This document shows, piece by piece, positions 39,948-49,209 of a stretch of DNA of 64,000 nt. Below the pieces are notes generated by a model. It did not search any database. It had not been told where the DNA came from and was given only the letters and a program-made list of their open reading frames with translations. The stretch lies in assembly GCA_029838195.1 (NCBI GenBank), contig JALGVJ010000002.1, positions 96,001-160,000 of the forward strand, given 5' to 3'. The DNA comes from Promethearchaeota archaeon. Lineage in GTDB: Archaea; Asgardarchaeota; Lokiarchaeia; Sigyniarchaeales; SOKP01. How positions within the stretch are numbered: position 1 is the stretch's first letter; each line of letters starts with the position of its first letter. The position numbers and the translations under genes were made by a program.

Positions 39948-41018
39948 ATGATTAAAAGAATTATTATCGTCCATTGGAATCGGCAGTCAGGTCCAGAGCC
40001 TATTATTCAATATCCTCCTGAAAAATCTTTTCCTAAAAAGAATATACTATTAAAAATTTGGAGCCAACATGAATTAACGAATGATTCTATAATCGACTTT
40101 TATTCTGATGAAGATAAGCAAGAATATATTTCCATCCTGCAACAACACGGAGGAGAACTGTATTATCTTCTCTTAGTACAAGAAAAAAGCGAATTCATTG
40201 GAAGCTTGATGGATTATAGTGATATTTTAGCAATATTAAGTAAAAATTTGATCGAGTTGTTAAATACTAATAAAATCACAAGAGCAGTGTACGAAGCATT
40301 TAATACCATAAACAATTACGGAAGATTAGAGAAGGAAGAAAACCTTTTAAGTTTCTTTACCGATAAAATTAAATTTACCATTTTAGAGATATTAAGAGAA
40401 GGAGTTATCTCGAAATCTGAATTGATTAATATCTTGAAGAAAGAATATGGGTTTTCTCCAGCTAATATTGATCTCTTAATAATTTCATTTATTCGAGAAC
40501 AAATGCTTATCAAACGGGATGTTCCTGGGCGTAAGGATGATTATTTTATGATAAAAGATTTATTCATAACGAGAGTGCTCCCTAAAAATTTATTTTCTCT
40601 TGTAAAAGATATGGAAAAAGAGGACTTTCAAAATTTACGCGTGCGTTTACTTTCCATTTATCGTGATTCCGATTTTGTTTCAGACATTAATGAGAAAATT
40701 CTAATAAATTTTCTAATGAATAAAGATGTATTTACTTTAATTAAAAAATTGAGAAAAACCTCTTTATTAGTTGTAGAATGCCTAAGTTTTTTAAATAATA
40801 ATGAAGACCTGTTTAATGAATTAATAGAAAATAAAATCATTTATGAGAATAAAGGATCCGTGTACCTCATATCTGATTTAAGATTTATTAAATTTACTCC
40901 TTTTTATCTCTTAAATAAATTATTAAAACGATATCATAGAAATGAAATCTCTTCCGATGAACTATTCATTCATGCAGATTTACTTGTTCGGAGCAAGAAT
41001 GAATATGAAATAATTTAG
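39948..41018 (+). CDS. Longin/uDENN (NPRL2/3-like) domain protein with C-terminal winged-helix-like repeats
   Basis: N-terminal IIIVHWNRQSGPEPIIQYP matches the (F/W)xxxxGPxxxxQxP hairpin of uDENN/NPRL longins. Confidence 0.65.
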   Translation: MIKRIIIVHWNRQSGPEPIIQYPPEKSFPKKNILLKIWSQHELTNDSIIDFYSDEDKQEYISILQQHGGELYYLLLVQEKSEFIGSLMDYSDILAILSKNLIELLNTNKITRAVYEAFNTINNYGRLEKEENLLSFFTDKIKFTILEILREGVISKSELINILKKEYGFSPANIDLLIISFIREQMLIKRDVPGRKDDYFMIKDLFITRVLPKNLFSLVKDMEKEDFQNLRVRLLSIYRDSDFVSDINEKILINFLMNKDVFTLIKKLRKTSLLVVECLSFLNNNEDLFNELIENKIIYENKGSVYLISDLRFIKFTPFYLLNKLLKRYHRNEISSDELFIHADLLVRSKNEYEII

Positions 41019-41024
41019 AAAAGG

Positions 41025-41609
41025 TTAAATCTCTACATGAAATGGTAATTTAAAATAGTAAGAAGGCTTTATGTTAAGAGTCTTAACTACAGAAAGATAA
41101 TTTGGTTCAAATACTTGAAGATAGGGCGGTTTTTCGCCTTCTTCTTTTTTAATTTTTGAACTAATAAAAAAATGGGGAACGTAGGCGGGAACTAATACAT
41201 TAATTCCAACTTGGTATTCTAAACCAATTAGATCTTCAATCTTTAATCTAGAGATTTGGTCTTTTAATAACTCTAATTTCGAATCGAGTGATTTTCTCAA
41301 TAGTTTTTTCATGAAGGAAGGGGAAAAATTAGGTACAACTAGATAGGGTTTAGCATTAATTTTCATGCTTGCCTTGAGTTGAACAACCCATTCTGGAAAA
41401 GGATGAATTTCTAATAACCTTTCTCTTTCTAAATCTAAAACCAAATCTCCTACCAAAAGAGTTCCCAAATCATGGGAATATCTTTCTTTAAATAGCTTGA
41501 TATCCTCATTGGGTTGTTGGATTTCAAATAAATGGGCATATATCTCTTTATTTTCTTGATAACATTTAAAATTAATAATTTTTTTAATTTTTAGGGCACG
41601 GTCACTCAT
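41025..41609 (-). CDS. Hypothetical protein
   Basis: 194-aa ORF. Confidence 0.55.
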   Translation of the reverse strand: MSDRALKIKKIINFKCYQENKEIYAHLFEIQQPNEDIKLFKERYSHDLGTLLVGDLVLDLERERLLEIHPFPEWVVQLKASMKINAKPYLVVPNFSPSFMKKLLRKSLDSKLELLKDQISRLKIEDLIGLEYQVGINVLVPAYVPHFFISSKIKKEEGEKPPYLQVFEPNYLSVVKTLNIKPSYYFKLPFHVEI

Positions 41610-41711
41610 TAAAATCCATTTAAATTTATTTTTAGTATATATAAAATTATTTTATTTAAAAAGGCCATAATATTAATAAAATAATTTAATAAAAAAGAAA
41701 AAGCCTCCTTT

Positions 41712-42590
41712 TTAAATACGTTTTAATAGAAATTCGACTAATCGTCGATTTTTTTTAACATTTTCATAAACTTTAAAGTGGTTGGCTTCGAGAAATTCTT
41801 TTAAGGAATCCCAATCTTTCTTAATTTCGTCGGATAGGTCTTTTAAAATAACCTTTAATGGTTCAAATTCATTTGTATAAATTAACTCATCATTTACCCG
41901 GTTAGCCTCCTTTGAGAGTAGAAATAAGTAGTAGTCAATTAAATCCTCAGGATTCATGACATTATCCGGTTTATTCCCATCTCCAGCTTTCTCGCCTCTT
42001 AATAATTTTGTGTCTACCATCGTAGGCAGAATTGAATTGATGGTTATATTTTCTTTTTTATATTCTAATGCCAATGCTTTTTGCAATCCTACTACGCCGT
42101 ATTTTGAAGCCGTATACGCCGCAAATTTCGGCATGGCATTCGGATATGCTGCACTTCCGGTGATGATGAATCTTGCCTTATCCTTTTTATCATCCCTCTT
42201 TAGGTAAGGAAATGCCGCTTTAAATGCATGAAATACTCCGTTTATATTCACATTGATAATGGTTGCAAATTTTTCAGGACTAAATTCGTGTGTATTCCAT
42301 CTCCCTGAAGCTCCTGCATTTGCTATCACAGCGTTTAAAGGACCTAACTCGTCATAAAAATATTTGAATAATTTCTCTATTTCTTCATAATTCGTAACAT
42401 CAGCTGTTTTTATTACAATTTTACCCGATACACCAAGATTTTCAATTTCTTTTTTAACTTGTTCTAATTCTTCTAAAGTTCTTGAGGTTAGTCCTACATT
42501 TGCCCCTTCCCTTGCACATGCTATAGCCACGGCTTTCCCGATGCCTCGTCCCGAACCCGTGATTACAATATTTTTATTTTTTAAAAGCAA
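41712..42590 (-). CDS. SDR-family NAD(P)-dependent oxidoreductase
   Basis: TGSGRGIG, NAG, YTASK; AGGTGA SD before the TTG start. Confidence 0.93.
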   Translation of the reverse strand: MLLKNKNIVITGSGRGIGKAVAIACAREGANVGLTSRTLEELEQVKKEIENLGVSGKIVIKTADVTNYEEIEKLFKYFYDELGPLNAVIANAGASGRWNTHEFSPEKFATIINVNINGVFHAFKAAFPYLKRDDKKDKARFIITGSAAYPNAMPKFAAYTASKYGVVGLQKALALEYKKENITINSILPTMVDTKLLRGEKAGDGNKPDNVMNPEDLIDYYLFLLSKEANRVNDELIYTNEFEPLKVILKDLSDEIKKDWDSLKEFLEANHFKVYENVKKNRRLVEFLLKRI

Positions 42591-42886
42591 TTTTTCACCT
42601 TTTTTTCTTAAAATTTTTGTTTAATGAATCATGATGCTTGGTTTAATCATTATCCTTAATATGTGAAAAATTTTTTCCTTAATTAGAGGAATTTTAATTA
42701 TTCTACAACTTCTTTTTAAAATTTAAAAGTTAGGATCTTTTCAGTTAAAAAGTAAAAAAAATTAGCAGCAGAGGTTATTACATTCCTTAAAGTAAAATAA
42801 CAATTTAGGAAGAGTAAAAATTTAAAAATTCTTTTTAGTATAAATATTATAATTTAATTCATTTCAAATTAATTCAGAAAAAAGTC

Positions 42887-43636
42887 ATGAGTTTTATAAC
42901 AGAAGGTAAAGCGGCTTTAAAAAAAATCATATCAGTAGTCGAGGAAATCGATAATTTAAACATAGATTCAATGCCTAGAATTAAAGAATACTCTCAAAAT
43001 CTTCTAGAAATGATTGGCGATTTTGAAAACACCAGACTAAATAACTTAAAAAAGATTGAAACAAATACAGAAGAGATCAATTCACTAAAGAACAAGATTT
43101 CTCAAAATAATCGAGATATTGCTAATTTAGAGGAAAAAAATCAAGAATTAATGAAAAATAGAGACAATCTCTTGAATAGGATTCAAGAAAAACAAAAGGA
43201 AATTGTGGATACCCAAGACCAAATTAAAGCAAAAAAAGAAGAGTTAGAAGCAAGAACCCAGAGATTAGAGGAACTGGAAGCAAGGATCACGGAATTGAAC
43301 CAATTACAAACAGAAATCGAAGAGAAACTGAAAAAATTAGAAGAAGATCTAAAAGAAGAGTACGAGAAAAAAAATACTTATCTTCGTACCTTTAAAAATC
43401 GAGTAGAAGCTATTAAATCCTTGATTAGAAAAGATTACATTCGTTCTGATCAATTAAAGGTTATAAAATCGCTTCAAGTTGATGCGGCTTTAGATATTAA
43501 AGGCATATCTTCGGCTACGGGTATACCTATAGATAGAGTTAAATTAATCCTTTCCCAAATGGTTCAAGCCAATGGCCCTATTGAATATGATCCTAAAGCA
43601 GGTGTAGTTACATTAAAGGAGGAGGTTGATTTCTAA
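42887..43636 (+). CDS. Long coiled-coil protein with C-terminal winged-helix-like domain
   Basis: Heptad region of about 150 aa, then LDIKGISSATGIPIDRVKLILSQM...IEYD...GVVTL. Confidence 0.7.
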   Translation: MSFITEGKAALKKIISVVEEIDNLNIDSMPRIKEYSQNLLEMIGDFENTRLNNLKKIETNTEEINSLKNKISQNNRDIANLEEKNQELMKNRDNLLNRIQEKQKEIVDTQDQIKAKKEELEARTQRLEELEARITELNQLQTEIEEKLKKLEEDLKEEYEKKNTYLRTFKNRVEAIKSLIRKDYIRSDQLKVIKSLQVDAALDIKGISSATGIPIDRVKLILSQMVQANGPIEYDPKAGVVTLKEEVDF

Positions 43637-44361
43637 TGGTAAAAGAAATACTTGGACAAATAGAACAATTTGAAACGACATTTGATACCTATTTGCAATT
43701 ATTGAAAAAAAATAACGATGAGATATATCAGAACATCAGTATAACTTGGAAAAAAATGCAAGAAGCACTTAAAGAAAATGATGAATTGCTAAAAACCTTA
43801 TCACAACAGACTTCTGAATTGACCGAATTGCGCACGAAAAGCGAAGAATTAGATAAAACCATCGAAGCTTTAAACGAAAAAAGAGAGAATCTCAATTCAA
43901 AAATTAATGAATTGAATGCTGCTTTAGAAACTGCCGTCAACGACTTAAAAAATCCCCAATTAGAACTTGAGAACTTAAATTCGAAGCTTCAAGTAGTAAA
44001 TGAAAAAATAAGTGCTAAGGAAAATGAGAAAACCGCATTAGACCAAAGAAGGATTGAAAATGAAAATAAAGAGCAAGCCTTGAATGCCGAATACGGCAAG
44101 AAGATGGAAGAATTAGAAAAACAAATCCAACAACTAAAAAGAGAAAACTTCTTCAGTTCGTTCCTCATTGACCATTCAGATGAAGAAATCCATGAAGTCG
44201 ATATCTTAGCCATTATAATGGAGAAAAAATCGGCAAAATTAGATGAGTTGAAAAAATTATTAGATATTCCTCCTATTATGGCTCAGAGAACAATAATGCA
44301 ACTTGGAGTGAAGGGTATACTTAAAATTGATGAAGGTTCTGGGACAGTGAGCTTATTATAA
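43636..44361 (+). CDS. Long coiled-coil protein with C-terminal winged-helix-like domain
   Basis: Heptads, then ILAIIMEKKSAKLDELKKLLDIP...LGVKGILKIDEGSGTVSL; TAATG overlap with upstream gene. Confidence 0.7.
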   Translation: MVKEILGQIEQFETTFDTYLQLLKKNNDEIYQNISITWKKMQEALKENDELLKTLSQQTSELTELRTKSEELDKTIEALNEKRENLNSKINELNAALETAVNDLKNPQLELENLNSKLQVVNEKISAKENEKTALDQRRIENENKEQALNAEYGKKMEELEKQIQQLKRENFFSSFLIDHSDEEIHEVDILAIIMEKKSAKLDELKKLLDIPPIMAQRTIMQLGVKGILKIDEGSGTVSLL

Positions 44362-44584
44362 TAATTAAAAATAGTTTAATGATTATTTTTGAGTTATTTA
44401 TTTTTCCTTTATTTTTCTTTTAAAATTAAGAAATAATATAGAAATAATTCTTGCTAAAAATTGTATGAGAACTTAATATTTTTTATTCTGGAAAAAATAA
44501 ACTTAAAATGAAAGGTTTTTCTGATTGTTTTCTTTTTTTTAAATTAAATCTCATTATTAATTAGTATTTTTCAGAATTATTCTT

Positions 44585-45340
44585 ATGTATAATCATAATC
44601 TAAGAAGTAGAAAATATTTTAATCGATTTGAATTAAAATATCTAATTTCTTTAAAAACTCGTGATAATATCATCAAATATATAACTCCCTTGATGAAATT
44701 AGATCCGCATATAAAATATTACAATTATGAAGTTAGAAGTTTATATTTTGACTCTTTTTTTGGAAATTTTTATTTTGATAAAATTGATGGATTAAAACAA
44801 CGTGTAAAATTAAGAGTTCGATTTTATCCTGATCAAAAAAAATGTAATGATGAATTAGCCTTTATTGAAATAAAAAAAAAAAATAATGAAAATGTAATTA
44901 AGCAGAGGATAATAGTACCTCTTAATGATGTTTTTCAAATAATTGATGCAAATTCTCAAAAAGCAAAAGATTTTTACAATAATGCAACTCTTCATGAAAA
45001 AAAAATATTAAATGAAATTTGGTATTTAAAAAGAAAATATCATCTTCATCCTATCAGTGTAGTGATTTATCAGCGCCAAGCATTCCAATCTAAAATAGAA
45101 AAAACTTTCAGAGTTACTTTTGATTCAAAAATTAAAGCACGAAATTTCAATTTTAATTTAAAAGAAAAAGAGGGTACTAAATTTATAATTCCCCAAAACC
45201 TTATTATAATGGAATTAAAATTTAATAGTGTTATCCCTAATTGGGCATTAAATATATTACAAGGTAATGATTGTATTCATGAAAAAATTTCAAAATATGC
45301 TTTAGGTTTAAATAAAATTCACACTTTCCGTTTAATATAA
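44585..45340 (+). CDS. VTC-domain (polyphosphate polymerase/CYTH-like) protein
   Basis: RFELKY, VRSLYFD, RVKLRVRFY, FIEIKKK, RVTFD, IMELKF, ISKY. Confidence 0.9.
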   Translation: MYNHNLRSRKYFNRFELKYLISLKTRDNIIKYITPLMKLDPHIKYYNYEVRSLYFDSFFGNFYFDKIDGLKQRVKLRVRFYPDQKKCNDELAFIEIKKKNNENVIKQRIIVPLNDVFQIIDANSQKAKDFYNNATLHEKKILNEIWYLKRKYHLHPISVVIYQRQAFQSKIEKTFRVTFDSKIKARNFNFNLKEKEGTKFIIPQNLIIMELKFNSVIPNWALNILQGNDCIHEKISKYALGLNKIHTFRLI

Positions 45341-45382
45341 TGTTTAATAAATTTTTTTTTTAAATTATTATTTTACTCTCAT

Positions 45383-46168
45383 ATGAAATTTCAAGAAGAA
45401 TTCCTTATTTCAAATTTTTTTTTTACGTTTATTGAAGAATCATTTTTAAATTTATATACAGATATTAGACCAATAACTGTAATAGATATCATCATAATGT
45501 TATTCTGGAGTATAATTCTCTCAACCATAATTGCAACAACCTATCGCGGGACTCATAAATCTGTTTCTTATTCACAAAATTTTACACAATCCTTAATTAT
45601 ATTGAATATTATCATTAGTGCTGTCATGTTAATTGTAGGTACCAATATTGCTCGAGCTTTTACCCTTATAGGAGCTCTTTCAATCATTCGATTCCGTACA
45701 GCTATAAAAGATACCAGGGATATCGCATTTATTTTTTTTACCATGGTAATAGGAATGGCATGTGGTGCTAGATTTTATCTTTTAGCTATAATTGTAACTT
45801 TAATTTTATGTAGTTTAATCTATTACATGTCTCATGTACAATTTGGGAGAAAACATATTCAGCAGGACATATTAGAAATGGATATACCTTTAAATGAAAA
45901 TTATGTGGATCCATTAAAACCTATTTTTGAAAAATATTTAAAATATTATACTATTTTAGGTGTTGAATCTCTCGATCCCTATAGTAATCGCGTGAGTTTT
46001 TTAATAACGTTTAAAAGTAGCAGAGCAAATCTAAAATTTTTAAAATTTAAAGAAAAAGAGCAAAATAATAGTCCGGATCAGAGAATGGAATTATTAAAGG
46101 ATCTTCAAAAAGTGGGGTTTATTAATAATATAAAATTAATTGAAGGAACGAATTCAATTGAATTATAA
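45383..46168 (+). CDS. DUF4956-family membrane protein
   Basis: NIARAFTLIGALSIIRFRTAIKDTRD...GMACG. Confidence 0.9.
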   Translation: MKFQEEFLISNFFFTFIEESFLNLYTDIRPITVIDIIIMLFWSIILSTIIATTYRGTHKSVSYSQNFTQSLIILNIIISAVMLIVGTNIARAFTLIGALSIIRFRTAIKDTRDIAFIFFTMVIGMACGARFYLLAIIVTLILCSLIYYMSHVQFGRKHIQQDILEMDIPLNENYVDPLKPIFEKYLKYYTILGVESLDPYSNRVSFLITFKSSRANLKFLKFKEKEQNNSPDQRMELLKDLQKVGFINNIKLIEGTNSIEL

Positions 46169-46212
46169 TATATTTAATGATTTTTTAATTAATAATTTTT
46201 TAATCTATAAGT

Positions 46213-46270
46213 ATAAAATTGTTTTGATTTATTTTCTATAAATAAAATTGTTTTGATTTATTTTCTATAA
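46213..46270. repeat. Perfect tandem repeat, 2 x 29 bp
   Basis: ataaaattgttttgatttattttctataa at 46213-46241 and 46242-46270. Confidence 0.9.
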
Positions 46271-46322
46271 AAATATTATCTTCTCTATTTGATGGACCTC
46301 TCTCTTCTAAGATATAAAAATT

Positions 46323-49052
46323 TCATTCATTCCACGTTTCAAAGAACTCGTCACAAATTTCTAGCCTTTCAGGAATATATTGATATAAATGATTAATATA
46401 GTCTTCAATCTTGAATTCTTTGTTTTTTCCGCTAGGAGAAAATCTTATTGGTTCACTTGCTTCAACAATTAAAGGATTCCATGGAAATTCAAAAATATCT
46501 GGATATAAAACATTCTTTATTGAATTGTAATAATTAGAGAGAAAATCAATAATAAATTCTTCATTCCAGAGTTCTTGCCTTATTTCGTTCCATCTATCCT
46601 TACAAGCCTGAATAAATTCAGAATTATTTAACAATCTTTTAAAAAGAGCATTATCTTTACCAATTGTTTCAATAACGCCAATATCTATTTTTTTATTTAT
46701 ATATAATTTACATGCCCGTTGACCAAAACTGTAATCAAAATCCCACGGACAAAGAAAAAAGTGAGCGGGATATGTATCTCTTATTATTAAATAATTTGCA
46801 TGCCAACTGTCCATATGATCGATGAAAAGTTCGAAGATAAAGAAATCTATTAAATTTTTTTTGTCAAATATCGAATAGATACCCGTTTCATTATTAAAGA
46901 AATCATCATCACTTTTATTCATGATAAAATCAATAATTTGAGGTAATATCTCATCCTTTAAAACAATCAAATCTTCATTTGGCCATTCTTGCTCCCAATA
47001 ATTTGAATTATAAATAGACAAATTATTATTTGTAGCAATGTTAAAAATTAAGCTGGAGTTAATATTTGATTGAGAATTATTTAAATTAAATAATTTTTTA
47101 TCTATCCTTTCTGAGAGTAAATATAAACCATTATATTCATTATTTAAAAATAAATTAACATATCTAGATTTAGGTAAAATACAAGTCGGGTTAGAAGCAG
47201 AAAGACTCCGCCAAAGGTCAAATGCTAACTTTGTTCTCATTCTTGTATAATCTAGTTGCATGGATAATAAGTACCAATCATCATCATCTCGCATGCCTAA
47301 TAAAGATACTTTTTTTGATAATTCAAGAGAATAACCTGGTTTAGCGTCGTTCCACGTTGTTCTTCCTCTAAATTTAATAGAAGAATTTGGCAATACATGT
47401 TTTTCATGAGGAAATGAATTGTATAGTTCAAAGTTACATGATATAAACCTCTTTTTTGTTAACTCTTCTTGGAAAGTAATATAAATCGACGGAAGTTTTG
47501 AATATAAATTTAGAGTTATATGTTTTCTAGCAATATCTTCTAATTTAGAATATCGAGATAAAACCCATCTTTCAATTCTTTTATAAACATTTTCTGTTTT
47601 TTCATTGTAATTATTTCTTAATAATCCTTTTTTCATATATTCATATAGAGCAGATATCTTGTTAATTAAAAATGTTTTTTTCCATATAGTAGAATTTAAT
47701 TCTTTCCAACGATTTAATAAATCTATTCGAAATTGTTGGTTTAAGGATGAATCTTTAGGAAATAATAACCTATAAAATAAATGATTAAATTTGCAGAAAC
47801 TTGTTATATTCGCATTAATAGTTATCCAATCTTCATAAGATAGATTTTTTTTCCTTGAAAATCCCCAACTCATATCAAAATCCCAAGGGGCAAAATAAAA
47901 AGTTGAGTTAAGTTTTTCTTTTCGTATAATAAAAATTTTAGAGCCTTCTATACTATTATGACCAATCAATAATTCAAATAAAATTAAATCAATTATTTGA
48001 GTACGATTTATTTTGGTGAAAATGCCATTTTCATTATTAAAAAATTCTTTATCCGATGAGGTTAATATAAAATTCTCTAATTTAATAATATCTTTATTTA
48101 ATTCTTTATTCTGGGGAGCAATTTGATTCCAAATTGTTTTTCCATGCCCATACCAATTTTCTGCTTTTATTAAAATATCTAAATCCTTTGAATCATTTAT
48201 TCCAAATAATTTTTTATCAGGTTTTTCCATGAGAAGATGTAATCCTTTATATACATTATTAATATAAAGATCTACTGGTTCTGCTTTAGGAAGGCTACAA
48301 AGATAATCTTTTTCTCTTAAAGAATTATATAAATCTAATGCTAATTTTATCCTTAAAGCACTAGAGTTTTTTCTTGAAGGAATTAATAACCAATCATCAT
48401 CATTACGCATGTTTAAAAGATTTGAGTTTTCCCTGAGTTCTATTTCATATCCATTAGTAGAATCTCTTAATTTTATATTAGCTTTAAGTTTCTTATACGC
48501 CCAATTATATTTTGAAGAAGAATATTCAAAAAGCTTATTATTAGGACTTAATCTTATATCACATTTCACTTTAGAATAAGTAATTAAATCATTACATTCT
48601 ATTTCTATTATTGGTAAATCCTGCTGATAAATAATTGTTGTGCACTGAGTAATTTTAGAATCACAACGGAGATAAACAGTACAATTCTTTATCTTTCTTG
48701 CTTTTAATTTAAAGCTCCGGGATTCTGGAATTTTTATCCAATCTGAATCATCATTAAATTTAACCCAAACATTTTTTGTAAATTTTGGAACATGACAAAT
48801 AAAAATTTCTTGCATATTATTGGTTATATATCGTGATCCTTCAATCCCAAATTTATATAAATAATCTGTTTCTATATATTCCATATCAAAATTTTTAAAA
48901 TATAATATATTATTTTGAGATTCAATAAAACTAAACAATCCAATTGAGGAAATAGTTAAAGTAGAGAATAAAATAAAGAAAATTAAATCTTTATATCTAT
49001 TAGATCTTGGTATTTTATGAAGTGTTTTTTGATTTTTTCTCTTAGTAGGCAT
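46323..49052 (-). CDS. Membrane-anchored protein with two tandem CotH kinase domains
   Basis: N-terminal TM; motifs LP.I.I, DDDW.L, L..N..Y.GL.LL.E and PWDFD each occur twice. Confidence 0.88.
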   Translation of the reverse strand: MPTKRKNQKTLHKIPRSNRYKDLIFFILFSTLTISSIGLFSFIESQNNILYFKNFDMEYIETDYLYKFGIEGSRYITNNMQEIFICHVPKFTKNVWVKFNDDSDWIKIPESRSFKLKARKIKNCTVYLRCDSKITQCTTIIYQQDLPIIEIECNDLITYSKVKCDIRLSPNNKLFEYSSSKYNWAYKKLKANIKLRDSTNGYEIELRENSNLLNMRNDDDWLLIPSRKNSSALRIKLALDLYNSLREKDYLCSLPKAEPVDLYINNVYKGLHLLMEKPDKKLFGINDSKDLDILIKAENWYGHGKTIWNQIAPQNKELNKDIIKLENFILTSSDKEFFNNENGIFTKINRTQIIDLILFELLIGHNSIEGSKIFIIRKEKLNSTFYFAPWDFDMSWGFSRKKNLSYEDWITINANITSFCKFNHLFYRLLFPKDSSLNQQFRIDLLNRWKELNSTIWKKTFLINKISALYEYMKKGLLRNNYNEKTENVYKRIERWVLSRYSKLEDIARKHITLNLYSKLPSIYITFQEELTKKRFISCNFELYNSFPHEKHVLPNSSIKFRGRTTWNDAKPGYSLELSKKVSLLGMRDDDDWYLLSMQLDYTRMRTKLAFDLWRSLSASNPTCILPKSRYVNLFLNNEYNGLYLLSERIDKKLFNLNNSQSNINSSLIFNIATNNNLSIYNSNYWEQEWPNEDLIVLKDEILPQIIDFIMNKSDDDFFNNETGIYSIFDKKNLIDFFIFELFIDHMDSWHANYLIIRDTYPAHFFLCPWDFDYSFGQRACKLYINKKIDIGVIETIGKDNALFKRLLNNSEFIQACKDRWNEIRQELWNEEFIIDFLSNYYNSIKNVLYPDIFEFPWNPLIVEASEPIRFSPSGKNKEFKIEDYINHLYQYIPERLEICDEFFETWNE

Positions 49053-49209
49053 TTTTTTATATCTAAATCTTAATTCTAAACTAAATTATGTCAATTATTG
49101 ATCATATTCATCATTTATAAAATTTGTATTAAAGAAACTCTGTTTTTGATTAAATAAGTGGAATATTATATCATAAAAAATAGTCTATTTTTTAATTCGT
49201 AAAAAATCT

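Noticed and set aside
42887-44361. ESCRT-III/CdvB assignment for the coiled-coil-wH pair
   Set aside because: Continuous heptads without a recognisable Snf7 pattern, and no Vps4 nearby.
46213-46270. CRISPR array
   Set aside because: Two adjacent copies with no spacer, and no cas genes.
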